A stretch of 64,000 nucleotides of DNA from Kudoa neothunni (lineage: Eukaryota > Animalia > Cnidaria). Made by a program: the position numbers and the translations under genes. Positions 16,117-29,135 of this stretch are shown in pieces. Position 1 is the first letter of the stretch. The number at the start of each line of letters is the position of its first letter. Below the pieces are notes generated by a model. That model searched no databases, had not been told where the DNA came from, and saw nothing but the letters and a program-made list of their open reading frames with translations. The stretch lies in the NCBI GenBank assembly GCA_964304625.1, contig OZ199839.1, positions 10,651,186 to 10,715,185 on the forward strand, written 5' to 3'.

Positions 16117-19112
16117 GGCAGTGTCTATTTTGCCGGACGCGCTTTTTCTCTTAAAATAATAATTCAATCACTACAATTTTTTCCAAAAAATATCTTTTAT
16201 AAATGCAGAATATAAATTTAGTTTCATTTATCTTTTAATTAATAATTAGGTATCAAAATACATCGAGGATTTTTTAAACTCATTCATAAGTATCATAAAT
16301 GACATTAAGTTTTTATAAATTTGTATTATTTTCGTAATTAATCTAATGTTGTGTTACAGCACCATAAACGAGTAAAATAACCTCTGGCGTGCGGTTGTAA
16401 CGTTGATAGTCGCGAGTAGAATCCTGTGGAAGGAGAGTCTGATCAAACACTACTAATTCAGGATATTACATCTAAACCTATGGTTGGAAATGCATTTACA
16501 AACTTTGAAAAGGCTAAAGAATTCATGGATAAGTACTCAAAGCCGAACAACTTTTGTTACTGGATCCGAGACTCTAGAAAAATCTTAACTGCCCCAAAAA
16601 AATTTGATAGAGACATGAACTCTGATCTTGTTTATTATGAAGCCACTTTTTGTTGTGTTCATTAGTGGTAAAAATGTAATTATCTATATAAACATTGATG
16701 TAATTAATGTGAATTCAGATACAATCTAAAAGTTCTGGAAAGAGAAAAATCAACAGCCATAAAAGTGGTTGCAATTTCTTCATTACAATGCGAGTTCCTA
16801 AAAACATGAACATGTTAGTTATTAGAAAATTGGATGTTACTCACAACTGCAACAGAAATGAGCCTTTTAGGGATTTTTGCCAATGAATAGAAAATTAGAT
16901 GAAGAAAGAAAAATATCTTATAAAAAATGTTCATTTTTATGATGGAAATTTAAAAAGAGTACAAGTAGAAATCATGAACCAGCCACAAAAAAAGGTTTCG
17001 TTGAAGCAAATCCATAATTATATCCAAACACTAAAAAAGTGTTTTATCTGATATTTCGGAGTTGTTGAATTCAATAAAAAATTCTCACCCAAATACAACT
17101 CTCGAAATATTGCACAATAATCCAATGAAATGACTGGAATATTTTTCCGACCTTTATATGAAAAACGTTATTAAAAAATTTCCCGAACTAGTATTTATGG
17201 ATGCTATTTATAAATTAATCAATAATCGTATGTCATTGTATATATGTCTGTTTATCGATTCCTTTGGACAAAGTCAAATAGGAGCTATTGCTCTTTTATC
17301 TGAGGAGAGTACCGTAACTGTTACCTGGTTATGTCAATCTCTACTTAAACATAATGAGGAAATGTCAACCAAAACAGTTTGTTTCATTACGGATAAAGAC
17401 ATGTTTGAAAGAAACTTTATAAGATCTGTATTTCGTAACGAAAGTACAAACTTATGCCTGTACCATGTCTTAAGAACATTTGGGAGAGAAATCTCTAGAT
17501 TAAGAATGGGAATAAACGAAGCTGAAAGAAAAACTGCCTTAGAGTTGATTCAAAAGCTTTGTTATACCGATGATCCAAAAATTTAAGAAAATCACCATGA
17601 ATTGTTAAATAAGACATGTAACAAAAAATCATTAGTTATTATAATAAATCTTGGGATCCAATCAAACATGAATGGTGCCCGGCATACATGAACCTAAAGG
17701 GTGCTTTTTTAAATAGAACTAATAATCGATTAGAATGCATAAATTCCAAAATGAAACAAATCATAAAAAAATTTTCAACTATTGAAATCTTTTTCAGCGG
17801 TCTGCTTATTTATTTATCAAGTATGAGAACTGAACGTGAGAGTAAAGCAGTTAGAGAGTGGACAACCCAAACTGTTGAGAAATTAAACTCAGACATTAAT
17901 GAACAATATAAAACATTGTTGACTTCATATGCGTATAATATTATGCAGGATGAAATAAATAATCATATCGAATCCTATGCCAATCCTGATCCCAATAGTT
18001 GTACATGTTGTTTCTACGTAAGTATGGAGTTACCATATAGGCATATTATTTACGCTAGAAAAATAATGACCAAAAATTTAGATCTTTAAAATCCTTCGTG
18101 TTGTGTGCAACCAAGTATTACAGAAATTTCGAGTCAGTGTCCCGTTCCGAATTCTGCTTTTAAGCGATACAGGGAGCTAGAAATTCTTTGTAAGAAAATA
18201 GCTTCGCTAGGGTCTAAAAAACAGGGAGTCAATATAATTCATTAAAAAAGATTTTAGTTGAATTAATCTCTCTTATTTCCAATGGGGATTCTTTGGATAA
18301 GGTGACTATTTTTTCCACTATTCATATATCAACTTAATTTAGTTCAAGTTGACGTCTGAATCTGTCAACAAAAACAATCAAGAGAGTTCAATCCCAATAT
18401 TTAATTAATGATATTTTTTTAGTAGAATTTTTATTTCGTGTTTAGTTACTGAGGAATCACGAATACAGAATGAGGATATACTAGAAGCAGTTAATGATAA
18501 TGTTCCATCATAAACAACCGATATGGAGATCCCGAATATTGTAGATGATACCACAACTAAAAATCCATCTTTGAAGGGTGTGTATCTTTTTTCCATTTTG
18601 TTAAATTCATAAAATTATAGGAATTAAGCTGCCAACAGTAGTGAAATTGAGAGGTAGACCAAAAGATGTATTTCAAACAGTTATTGGTTTGAGAAAAAAA
18701 GAAAATGATGATAGTAATAATAACACTAATATCGATATATAATATTCAAATATAATATTATGTGGAAGTTAAACTGTCACAATTATCTGGCGTTGCCATA
18801 CAAGATAATTTCAAACATTTATTATTTAAAGTAGAATACTCAACATTTTATTAAATTTTAGTGATGTATCAATCATCTGCTAAAAATATTCAGCTAATTG
18901 TAATAACTTAAAATACGAATTGGCAAAATAGTTTTACTTTACTGTATTTTCATTTGGATATTATGGATACAAATTAGCTATGTTAAAATTCGTCCTTGAA
19001 TTAATGAAACTAAATATATATTCTGCATTTATAAAAGATATTTTTTGGAAAAAATTGTAGCGATTGAATTATTATTTTAAGAGAAAAAGCGCGTCCGGCA
19101 AAATAGACAGCC
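16117..19112 (+). mobile_element. Mutator/MULE DNA transposon, full length, transposase degenerate
   Basis: About 110-bp TIRs (16117-~16228 and ~19002-19112). Perfect 9-bp TSD TATTTTTAT (16108-16116, 19113-19121). Encodes a FAR1/WRKY-like N-terminus, a MULE domain (FPELVFMDA.YK, FITDKD, CLYHVLRTF, TNNRLE) and SWIM-like CTCC..S..LP.RH, with stops and frameshifts. Confidence 0.95.
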
Positions 19113-19332
19113 TATTTTTATATGTTGGAAAATATTAAAAAACATATGTGATAATTTTTAACGAGATAATCGCTGTTTGTTATCATTATGTGTTTCTGTG
19201 TAATACTACGTCGCGTTGTTTAAAATAAGATAAATTAATTGAAAGTGATTAAACTATTTGAATCACTTGATTTAACTAAAAAACACAAAAACAAACATAT
19301 AAATACAATAATCATATCCCAATTAAATATAT

Positions 19333-19824
19333 CAGAGGTCACCAAAGTACGGCCCTCCGATGTAGTCAATCAGACCCGCGGTGTCTCCCTTAGTACTCGA
19401 ATGTGCATGTGGTACACCCTACTTTTGGGTGCGCCTGTAGAATTAATAGGGCGGTCTGGAAACAATGCCAGGTTGTGCTTATGCTAACAAAAGATTAGAA
19501 CAATTTTATTATTTCATGCAAAATACACAAATAAATCAATATCAAAATATCAAATAAAAGAAAAATTAGGCTTATACGAAAATTTTATTTCTTTCTGTAA
19601 CCTAACATATCGTGCCTGATTTACTTGGAACACACAAGGAAAAATCTTTATCGAACATGAACCAACTCCATGTTTCACATTCAAAAAAACTCATAATTTT
19701 GTCATATATAATTTTTGTTTCATTTTTATAATTGTTTAGTTCCCAAAAAAAAATTTTATCCACTCCTCGAAGCTTATGAGAACTTAAAATGCTGCTCGCT
19801 AATCAAAAACTTTGGTGACCCCTG
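19333..19824. mobile_element. hAT (Buster-type) MITE
   Basis: TIRs CAGAGGTCACCAAAGT / ACTTTGGTGACCCCTG. Perfect 8-bp TSD AAATATAT. Confidence 0.9.
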
Positions 19825-19876
19825 AAATATATTCAATGAATTCTTGTGCGTGAGTATGCGAAACATAACCTTAATG

Positions 19877-20438
19877 CAGTGCAACCTCGGAGTCTGGTCC
19901 AAAAGTTTGAGCCAGGAACATTTTAAGTTCGAACACACAGAAGGGGTATTCAGAACAAAACCAGTTGGAGCAAATAATAGATAATAGGCGAAATTCTAGA
20001 AGGAGATATGCGAAATCTAATTGTGCGGACGTCATCGAAAGAGAACCCTTTATAATCTATCGAATTACGACCAAAAAATATTTATCCTATGTAACATGTG
20101 GATTATATAAGGGTTGTAATCCACCAATCATGTGCGCGATCGAGAGAGAGCGGTATGGTACCACCGCCTTTTAATGCTATAATAACACAGGTTCGAAGCT
20201 CAATTTGGAGCTTGAGTTACATTGTATACCGCATTTTTATTATTATATTCAATATTTATTTCTTATATTTTATAAACACCATGCTTGCTTGTTTTTTAAT
20301 CAATAAGAATAAGGATAGTCATTTATTTGATGAGATGTATGGATTAAACTAGTTTTCATTGTTTTGTAGGGGAAAAATTGATTCGGAGTTCGAACACAAT
20401 TCTAGAACTGATTATGGTCGAAGTCCGAGGTTGCACTG
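19877..20438. mobile_element. pogo/Tigger-type MITE
   Basis: TIRs CAGTGCAACCTCGGA / TCCGAGGTTGCACTG, with TA on the right and TG on the left. Subterminal AGTTCGAACAC repeats. Confidence 0.8.
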
Positions 20439-21431
20439 TAATGGGCGATATATTCGAAATTTGCTCGATGAATTTTTCCCATATTTATTCAGTAAATGCT
20501 AATTATTATATGAGACAATATTATGAAATTAAAACGTGAGTGAGATTTCTACTCCAATTTTATTTGTTCGGTGTATAATTTTCAGCTATTTAGGGAGTTA
20601 ATAACTTAATTTTGGTTTGAATTTGGATAAAGAAATAGTTTGAAAATTTTTACAGTCGCTGTTCTATATGATTTGTTTTTTATATCTTGAGTTATTTTTA
20701 ACCACCCTCATAAGTTTATTCAAAATAAACTCGTTATTTAAATATCTTTGGGAGCGATCCTCATTCAAAATTGTTTTATTTGACTCTAAAGTAAATAAAA
20801 ACTTTGTTATGTGTTTGTTTCATTGTTTGATATAATATCTAATAGATGCCATCAACGCGGGAAGTTTTGAAACAGTTTTAGTGATAAATAATCTAGAGCA
20901 GTAGAGAGATGTCTGATGCTACTAATATGATTTAAAAAATGTGTAGACGGTTTTATAACCTTATCTTTCTAGGTTGTAATTATCTATGGAATTATTTATT
21001 CAAATCGTTACTATTTAAATTATTTGTCTATTTTTTCAATTTTAAAAAATATTAATTATAATTGTTTATTCAATTAAATGATTGTAATATAGTAAGTATT
21101 CGATTTTTCGTAAATCAAGGAATCAAGGGGGTTGTTTACTATTCGTGCGCGCCATTTAGTAATTAATATACTTTATTTATTGTGTTGAAAAATAATAAAA
21201 TAGCTATAAATACATATAATAATATTCCCAAAAATAAATGAGCCAAATATATTAAAACTGACAAAATTTAAAACCTAGTTTTTGTAAAAACATCTTATTT
21301 TTTATTACTTCATATTTTCCCATATGATGACGTATAAGTCGTTCTTAAGATTTAATAGAATTTAGAAACTTCAAAGATCTTTTAAAACCCAAGTATTTTT
21401 TTTTAATTCATTTATTTAACCTTTCCTGGCT

Positions 21432-21460
21432 GGGATGGGGTGGGTTGGGTTGGGTTGGGG
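21432..21460 (+). repeat. G-rich (GGGTT)n-like tract, potential G-quadruplex
   Basis: GGGATGGGGTGGGTTGGGTTGGGTTGGGG: six G-runs of three or more with 1-2 nt loops. Confidence 0.7.
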
Positions 21461-21664
21461 TTTTTGCCATATCCCAAATGAAATATTTTTTGTTTTACTC
21501 AAAACACGAAAATTTGTTTGCTGCAGAATTTTTAAAATGCTCCTACAAACATATAAGGCTTCCATTTAAACCAAAAATTATTATATTATAAATTTTATGT
21601 AATTGTATTTACAGGTGACAACAAAAATTTGTTCATCCTATATATGTTTTTTATCAGATGTTTA

Positions 21665-22535
21665 CACAAATGCCCAATGGACCCCTTTTTGATCCAAGTA
21701 TAAAATGATCAAATAAAGTCATTTGATTATCGGAAAGTATTTTTCTATAGATTATTTAACTAAAAAGTACAAAAGATATTTTTCATTCTAATTTCAAGAA
21801 TCCGTAAACTAAAAATATCTATGGGGAGTGATTTTTATAATATTTAGCTACTCATTAAATCTTTTAATTCTTCAGCGTAAATTAAGATCGTTTGGAAAGA
21901 AACAAAACTTTAATATATGGAAAACATTTTTTCAAAACAATTTAACATAACTTAATAAATGCTACGACGACGTATTATTTACGCAGTGAGGCCATAAAGC
22001 TGTTTCCATGCAATCATGGTCGCTATTCAACAACGAGTTATCATCTTTGTCGTTCCACAACTTCCGAATATTATGATCATATTCTTTGAAATATGATTTA
22101 ACGCTGAAGTATGTAATGGAATGAAATGTATCGAAGTCAAATGTATTATTCCCAGCCATTGCAAATCTCGTGGTGTATAAAACTTAATCTCTTTTTTAAA
22201 CATCCAACAACCAATTATAGATCGTTCTTATTTAGGTCCTTTTATCAATATCATATATTATGATTTGAACAAAAAGTTTTCCATATATTAAAGTTTAGTT
22301 TCTTTCAAATTAATTTTAATTTATGATAAAGAATTAAAGATTCTATGGATAGCTAAATATTACAAAAATCACTCTCCATGGATATTTTTAGTTTATGGAT
22401 TCTTGAAATTAGAAAGAAAAATATCTTTTGTACTTTTTAGTTAAATAATCTATAGAAAAATACTTTCCGATAATCAAATGACTTTATTTGATCATTTTAT
22501 ACTTGGATCAAAAAGGGGCCCGCTGAGTCATTGTG
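21665..22535. mobile_element. Foldback-like non-autonomous element with about 270-bp TIRs and CAC...GTG ends (CMC/EnSpm-like)
   Basis: 21665-~21935 is the near-perfect reverse complement of ~22263-22535, including a long identical core TTTTTGATCCAAGTATAAAATGATCAAATAAAGTCATTTGATTATCGGAAAGTATTTTTCTATAG. Flanked by TA on both sides. Confidence 0.8.
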
Positions 22536-24392
22536 TAACTATTTTTGGTGAGCTTTCTGGGGTTAAACGAAGTGGCTATATCTCAGGGAATGAATATCTT
22601 CAAAACTACTTCTTAGATTTTATTCATATTTTACATACTATTTAATATTTACTTAACTTTCTGTAGATTTTGGAAAAATCTGAAGACTAAGCAATTTTTA
22701 AGAGTACAACCACATTGGGCCCATGAATAATCTATTGTAATTATCACATGATTTAGGCATTTCGATAAAAATAAACATTCCCAATATTACGTTAGTCTAT
22801 ATAAATAATTAATTTTTTTCCTAGAAATTATTTTAGCTTCCATTGTATTCTATTGGGCTGGGGCGGTAATAGATGAGTTCTAGCACGTTTATGCATGAAA
22901 TGTAGTTATTTCCTTCGAAGACCTTCATATGATCACAGTAGAATATGGATAATTAAAATTCCGATTATCAAAAACATTCTTCATTTCTAAAAAATTGTGT
23001 ATTAATCGATGGAAAGTATCGTATTTTTACAGAGGTTTTAAAAAATGGATCCTATAATAGATATAGATAATAATAAATAAAATGTTTCAATCATTGTTGG
23101 CAGGAAAACAATTTTAAATTAAAATATTCGGACGAGAGTTAAAGTAAAAAACAATTTTTAAAACGACATTGACTAATACAACTTCTAAATTATTTATGGA
23201 GAATTTTTTGACAAATCAAAAAGACCATTAGACTACTGGGAAAGATAATTAAGAATTATTATGACGTCTTTACTAATCATTCCCTGAAACATTTGATTAC
23301 TTATTGGTAAACGTGATATTTGAAATTTGATTTAGCTATAGATATGTGTGAAACTAAAAAAAAGAAATATTTTAAGATTTAATTACTGATAGTGAAAATT
23401 AGGGATTTTCTGTTGATTCAATTGGAATCGTACCCATCAAAAAGACAATATTTGACACAAATAATGATTACGAACCTCAAAATAAACAATTAATTACTAG
23501 TTATAAGATTATAAATAGCATATAATAACCTAAATTACAAATAACATTAAAATATTATGTTGGTTGAATTTTTTAGACCTCATAATTCCATCGAAATTAA
23601 TGTCAACTGGAAAGAAAAGTGAGAATAATTTGAAAACAATTAAAACTATTTATTATATCAATAAACCGAATAATTTAATATTAGACTTGAAATTTATTTT
23701 CTAAACATCATAAGTGTTAAATTTTATGACTCCTATATCGCATGTTCAAGTTATCATACATTACATTTCTTTTAGAAATACAAAATTATATGTATAACTA
23801 CATGATGGAAATTTATAAATTATTTGTTATCTAATAAATTATAAATTGTATATTTATCCAAATTTAAAAAAAAAATATGATAATTACGCTTGATTAATGA
23901 TTGACCAAGGATAGTTGCGCTACTAAACATTTCTTATTCTTCAAATGTTTCCAAAACCTACAAAAACTAAGTTGAGATAAGTTAAATTAGGTAAAGTAAA
24001 TATTAGATAATATGAAAATATAAATAAAAAATATATGAAGTGGTTTTAGAGACATTCATTCGCTAAGATATGGCCACTACGATTATTAAATATGCAAGAT
24101 AAATTTAAGATTTAAGCGTATCTTAGGAGCGATATAAACATCAGTGAGTTTTAGGAAGCCAACACATAATTTGACGACGCTTAAAGTTTTAATCGGTAGG
24201 TTTATCTATTTGTGATTCCTTTTATCTCACAAATTGAAGTTTTAGTGTATAGACTTGATGCTATTCAAAAAGTATCCCAATCAAGGTCGCGCTAAACCCG
24301 ACGCCAAACGTAGACGTGACAAGCGCACGCAGCCAACGCTAAACTAAGTTTTGTTCCATCGTTTTGGTCACATTTAAGTTCTTAGAGGATAT

Positions 24393-25734
24393 ATGGTAGC
24401 TTCGAAAACACGTCTTAGGTGAGTTTTGTTATTTAATAGGTTTTTAAGACTGTTTGATTCTAATAACTCAATTTAGACAACCGAAAACCAGTAGAGGAAA
24501 GAAGCATGTTGCTGAAAGAGAACCTTCCTTGGTTGAGCCAGCTAAAAAATGTCTGTTTGTCAAAGGAAGAAGTTGCAACGTCTTGTTAAATTCTATTTTT
24601 AGTGATTTGGTATCATTTATAGTTGTAGTTGGTAAATGGGGTTCACTTTTATTCCTTTAATTTATTAGAGCATAATAAAGTCGCCTACTCCTCAACAAAT
24701 GAAACACATCGACGCAAAACCCTTTGACGATAATAATGCATTAGTATTTCTAATTTGGACTGATATGATTTAATTTCTGGTCGATTGGTAGGATAATCTC
24801 ATGAACCGAGGAAATTGTTCGTTATTTCTATATGGCTCCAGTAATAAAAAAAATCCTAATCTTATGACAATCGGCCGTTATTTCAACAATCGCTTGCTTG
24901 ATATGTTTGAATTCAAAATCACCGACTACACCTCCATTGACGATGTTTCCGATAAAAATCAAAATAAAAATGTATTAATTTAGACAATGAGTCATACTCA
25001 GAAATTTTTGTTTGTTTCAAATCAATCATCAACTATCTCATATAATGTAATACATTATTTTAGTTACTCAGAACAATACCATCTGGAGCCAAATGTGTGT
25101 TATCGTTCACCAACTTTAATGTTGAAAGTGGAGACGTTAATCGAATCAAAAATTTATTTATTGGTTAGATTGTATTGTTGGTGGCCGAACGATTTTTATT
25201 TTGTTTTAGATTTTTTTAGTAGTGAACGAACTGAGGTCGTTATTGTGAGTGACATTTCGTATTTGATTCATTTTACTTGTGAGTCAGAAAGTGATTTACG
25301 CTTTAAAATGTGTGTGTACAAGTGAGTTTATGAGTTGACTAACAATGTTGTAACTTTTGGCGATTTTGTAGGGTCGTCTTTAATGGCAATATCAAACAGA
25401 AAATTGCACCTGCTGTTAAACTAGTGGAGTTGGGGCCCTTTCTCGACTTACAAGTCACCAACACTCATTTTGCTGAATATGAACTTCTCAAAGATGCAAC
25501 CACTCAACCTAAATCATTAATTGCACATAAAGTATTATTTTTATGTGGATATGGTCATAATAAGTTGAAACCTAGCCTAAAAAGATTAAAAATGTGGAAA
25601 GAGACGACGCAGGTGGTATGGTCGGAAAAATTCACCTTGAACGACAAGATCTCTCCAAAATTAAAACTAAGCGTGTCAAAGCTCTTAAACGTAAAGCCAT
25701 CCATAAAGTGGCTAGTAGTTTAGGACCTAGTTGA
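24393..25734 (+). CDS. RPF2: Ribosome production factor 2 (Brix domain, RPF2/BXDC1), spliced
   Basis: Joined exons read MVASKTRLR|QPKTSRGKKHVAEREP..E..KKCLFVKG...|CSLFLYGSSNKKNPNLMTIGRYFNNRLLDMFEF...|...KLVELGPFLDL...|PKKIKNVERD..G...GKIHLERQDLSKIKTKRVKALK. All introns are GT-AG. Confidence 0.93.
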
Positions 25735-25846
25735 ATTTAGTTGCCTATTTATTCGTTAGAGTTTAGTGTATTGTTCAATCTTCTCTCATAAACAGCATTG
25801 CAATATTATCCACCATTTTCATGTAACACATGTAACAACTGTAGGT

Positions 25847-27614
25847 CAGGGATCTTCAAACCGTTTGATACGAGAACCACATCCAGACGTTGTTGTTACC
25901 TCGCAAGCCACATTAAAAATAACTCCGATTGTCGCTTCTTTTTCATGTAAAATTTTGGAAAGATTAGTTGTCTAGACAAAATTTCCTCTCTTAACTCTTT
26001 ATGCTTCTCCCTACAAATTATTCCTGATTGCTCAATCTGAATATTTGAATTTATGTTTTGTTTCGTAGTATTTACGAGTGTCGAATGCAATGGCATTGTT
26101 GCATATAACATATTTTTTTGTTGTCAGAATTATTAAAAAAGTATAATATCCGCATTGGATCTTTTGTTTTGTTCCGTCGTTCGTAATTCCTTTAATATTA
26201 CAAAATATTTTACGTATGCAAACCAATTCAGCTACTTGAGTGCAAGTGACAGCGAACTTCATTACAAAACGTGTTACGTATGTAATGACGTAAAGGTTAA
26301 TTGATATCATATAATTAGACTTTTAAAATTTTTATGAAAAAGTAAATCGTTAAATATTATGACGTATTTGTTAAATACAAGGAATAACACCGTCTTACAA
26401 ATTCTGAGAATGCGAGTTGTTCGCAAGTTAGGGTTAGCTATAAACCGGGGGTGGCCAAACCGTTACTCTTGAAACAAATTTTTTGAGTTGACATTTTTCT
26501 AATTCAACCAACGCGTTAATTCGGAAAAAACTGTAATGTTTAAACTATTTAATCAAGTGAAGAAATGAACTCCTTAATCGTAAACTAGATTATATTTTTG
26601 ATTGGAAAACATAGTTACAAACTACCATATAGTTTTAATATTTTGTGCAAACTAAAATTATTACTAGTTTCATTAGAAAATACAATTAGAACTAGTGTTT
26701 ATCCATCACCAACGTGAGAGATATCGAAAGAATAAAACACGCATTAAAGCTTTATAGATTATTCATAATTCCAACTCACCAAGCAAATTTGGGAATAGTT
26801 CCAGAAATTAAATATTCAAAATTAAGAGAAATTGTCTCAAACTTGTTCCTATCTTTTGAACAACTTATTGATGTGAGTTTATTTATTCAACGATGAAATT
26901 TGTAAAATCAAAGCATGGCGGATCCATCCGTCACAAGCAATCACGTTACGGAACTAATTCGCACAGCGTTAACAGCATACAATCCAGATTACCGTCAACT
27001 CATTGATAATATGCAAAAACAAAAAACTTGTAACATTAGAAACGATTTCTAAAATATTTTGTTCTAAAGTGTTAAATTTATTGTGTTATTATTTTATTCG
27101 TAAATATTAAATTTTATTTTTTGTCACAATACCATACATGATTAAGTATGGAAAATATTTTACTATTTTCACGGAGAAAAAGTTTTTTGGAAAATTAGCT
27201 ACTTATTTACTGTTTTGTAAAAACCATAAATTTTACCTGGAAAAATTATATGTAAATTTTCAGCGATTAACTGAGTAAGAAAAAAATCGAAAAATCTTCA
27301 TTTATAATTCTAACACATTTTATTTTAATATTTACAAAAAAAGAAAATTTTATATAAGGAACAGGTACATTACATCAATGATTTTAATGTCTCGCGGCTC
27401 TCAAAAATTTGGGCAACTATGACCACCCCTGCTATAAACATTAGTTCTGATAGAAATAACTTTAATTTATTCATGCCATAAGCCACTTTTGGTAAAATTT
27501 GTAACGTGACATCTTAAAATAATCTAATCTATCGAAACAGTTTTATATTTTGTTTATAGAAACGTCGATGGGTCACATTAATTTTGTCGGTGGATCATAG
27601 ATCAGAAACCCCTG
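25847..27614 (-). mobile_element. Older Buster/SPIN-type hAT element (N-terminal transposase remnant) hosting a nested hAT
   Basis: ORFs 25896-26310 resemble the GTF2IRD2/SPIN N-terminus (VICNNAIA...YETKH..KY; EKHKELREEILSRQ). Weak TIRs CAGGGATCTTCAAAC / AAACCCCTG. Flanks CTGTAGGT and GTCTACGT (5/8 match). Confidence 0.5.
26446..27431 (+). mobile_element. Internally deleted Buster-type hAT element carrying a dimerisation-domain remnant
   Basis: TIRs CGGGGGTGGCCA / TGACCACCCCTG. Perfect 8-bp TSD CTATAAAC. The interior reads TTY*CEFIYSTMKFVKSKH...LIRTALTAYNPDY (hAT C-terminus). Confidence 0.88.
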
Positions 27615-27805
27615 GTCTACGTCTGCAAGTCAATTATAGTACACACGCTCACCTAGTGACACAGAAAATACGAACACTATTACATCATACATGTCCAGAT
27701 CATGAATGCAGTTAAGATATTTCTTTCTTAATATAAATAAGTTGTGGTTTCCTAATTTAAGTTTTTCGTTATAAAGATTAATTTCTTTTTACCTTTTAAG
27801 TTCAA

Positions 27806-28838
27806 TCTTTCGTGTGTTACTGGGTCAATTTGACCTCAGAGCCTATTGTATTAAATGTTGTATATACATAGAAGAATCTAACAATAGTAACATCTGGTGT
27901 ATTCTCCTAAAATAAATAGTATTTTATAATCAATCAATCAATAAAAATTTGAAAAAGTAGAATAAACAACGATATACAAAAAAATATACACTTGGTGTTT
28001 TTAGGGTCAATTTGACCTCAGGGTTTTTATAATTTTAAATGATATTAAATAATTTTAAATAATGAATAATCGAGTTTGGTTGAATTCTGTGGCCAGAATA
28101 CTGAGAAAATAAGGAAAACATTTAAACGAGATCATACGCGATGACACGGATGCATCCATTTTACCGCGCCGTTTGTACGAATTTACCCTAAAAAAATTCT
28201 GACAAAAGCCCAAAGGAAACTTTGATGAGATTTCTCTCATTTATTATAAGAACGATTCTAACGACATAGTTTATGTCGTTTATTTTAATTATAGAAATTC
28301 AAATTCCGGTGGATCTGACGAGAAAGATGAGGTTTTGAATGTGATTCGCGAGAAGATTAATGTTTAGAGTCTAAATTATATCCAAAGGGCGATATAACAA
28401 AATCGTATTGTTTACGTTCAATCAAAACTGGATTAAAGTTGTTAAATGGCTATTATCACTTTTCCCTGTCCCTCAAGAGGATTACGTACAAATGTTTACC
28501 AACTTTCGGAAACTAATTTGTTACTCACGTTGTAAATAAACTTAATTTATCAACATCTTTACGCGCAAAACGTGGATTTATCTCTCAAATTCATTACAAT
28601 AAATCCAAGTCGACCAAAACACAGGTTTCATCAATAAATTCACACAAATTCCAACCCTGTTGTATAAACGTAATGTAAATCTTGTTGAAGATAAGAGAGA
28701 TATTTGTCGACAAATTTTTATTTAACTTTACATATGGTTACACAACTTTTTTTGACATTTAACGATGCAATAAAAGCCCAAGGTCACTTTGACCCCAAAA
28801 GCACCAAGTGTGTAATTAATTTTGAGGCGCTCGGAAGG
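27806..28838 (+). mobile_element. Degenerate piggyBac-like element
   Basis: Right end ...CGGAAGG|TTAA. Palindromic GGGTCAATTTGACC subterminal repeats at 27822 and 28003, and a 31-bp internal inverted pair (27988-28018 vs 28781-28811). Interior decayed. Confidence 0.6.
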
Positions 28839-29135
28839 TTAAATAGGAAACTAGATTATCACACATCACAAGAATGTTCAAAGCCAACCTTAAGTTGGGT
28901 AGAACCGATAATAAGAACAAATAGACAACAAAGACGACCCCAATCTTAAAATTTTCGATTCGTAGTCCGTTACTTATTCGAAAATCGAGTACACGCTGAG
29001 CAATAAAAAAGGCCAATTAAAACACGACACAAAAAATTATAATCTGAACTATATCAATTAATTGAAGGAAAAAATAGTATCAGTTAGGATGAGAAAAGTG
29101 TCAAAGATGACGCAGCGTGGACGACAAATTTAAAA

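Noticed and set aside
22505-22535. RSS/ProtoRAG-like end (CACAATG)
   Set aside because: No nonamer at 12/23 spacing, no 5-bp TSD and no RAG1/Transib ORF. Kept only as a CAC-ended element.
21420-22562. TTAA-flanked outer piggyBac-like shell around the foldback element
   Set aside because: The putative termini (CCTTTCCTGG vs CCCCAGAAAG) do not form a convincing TIR.
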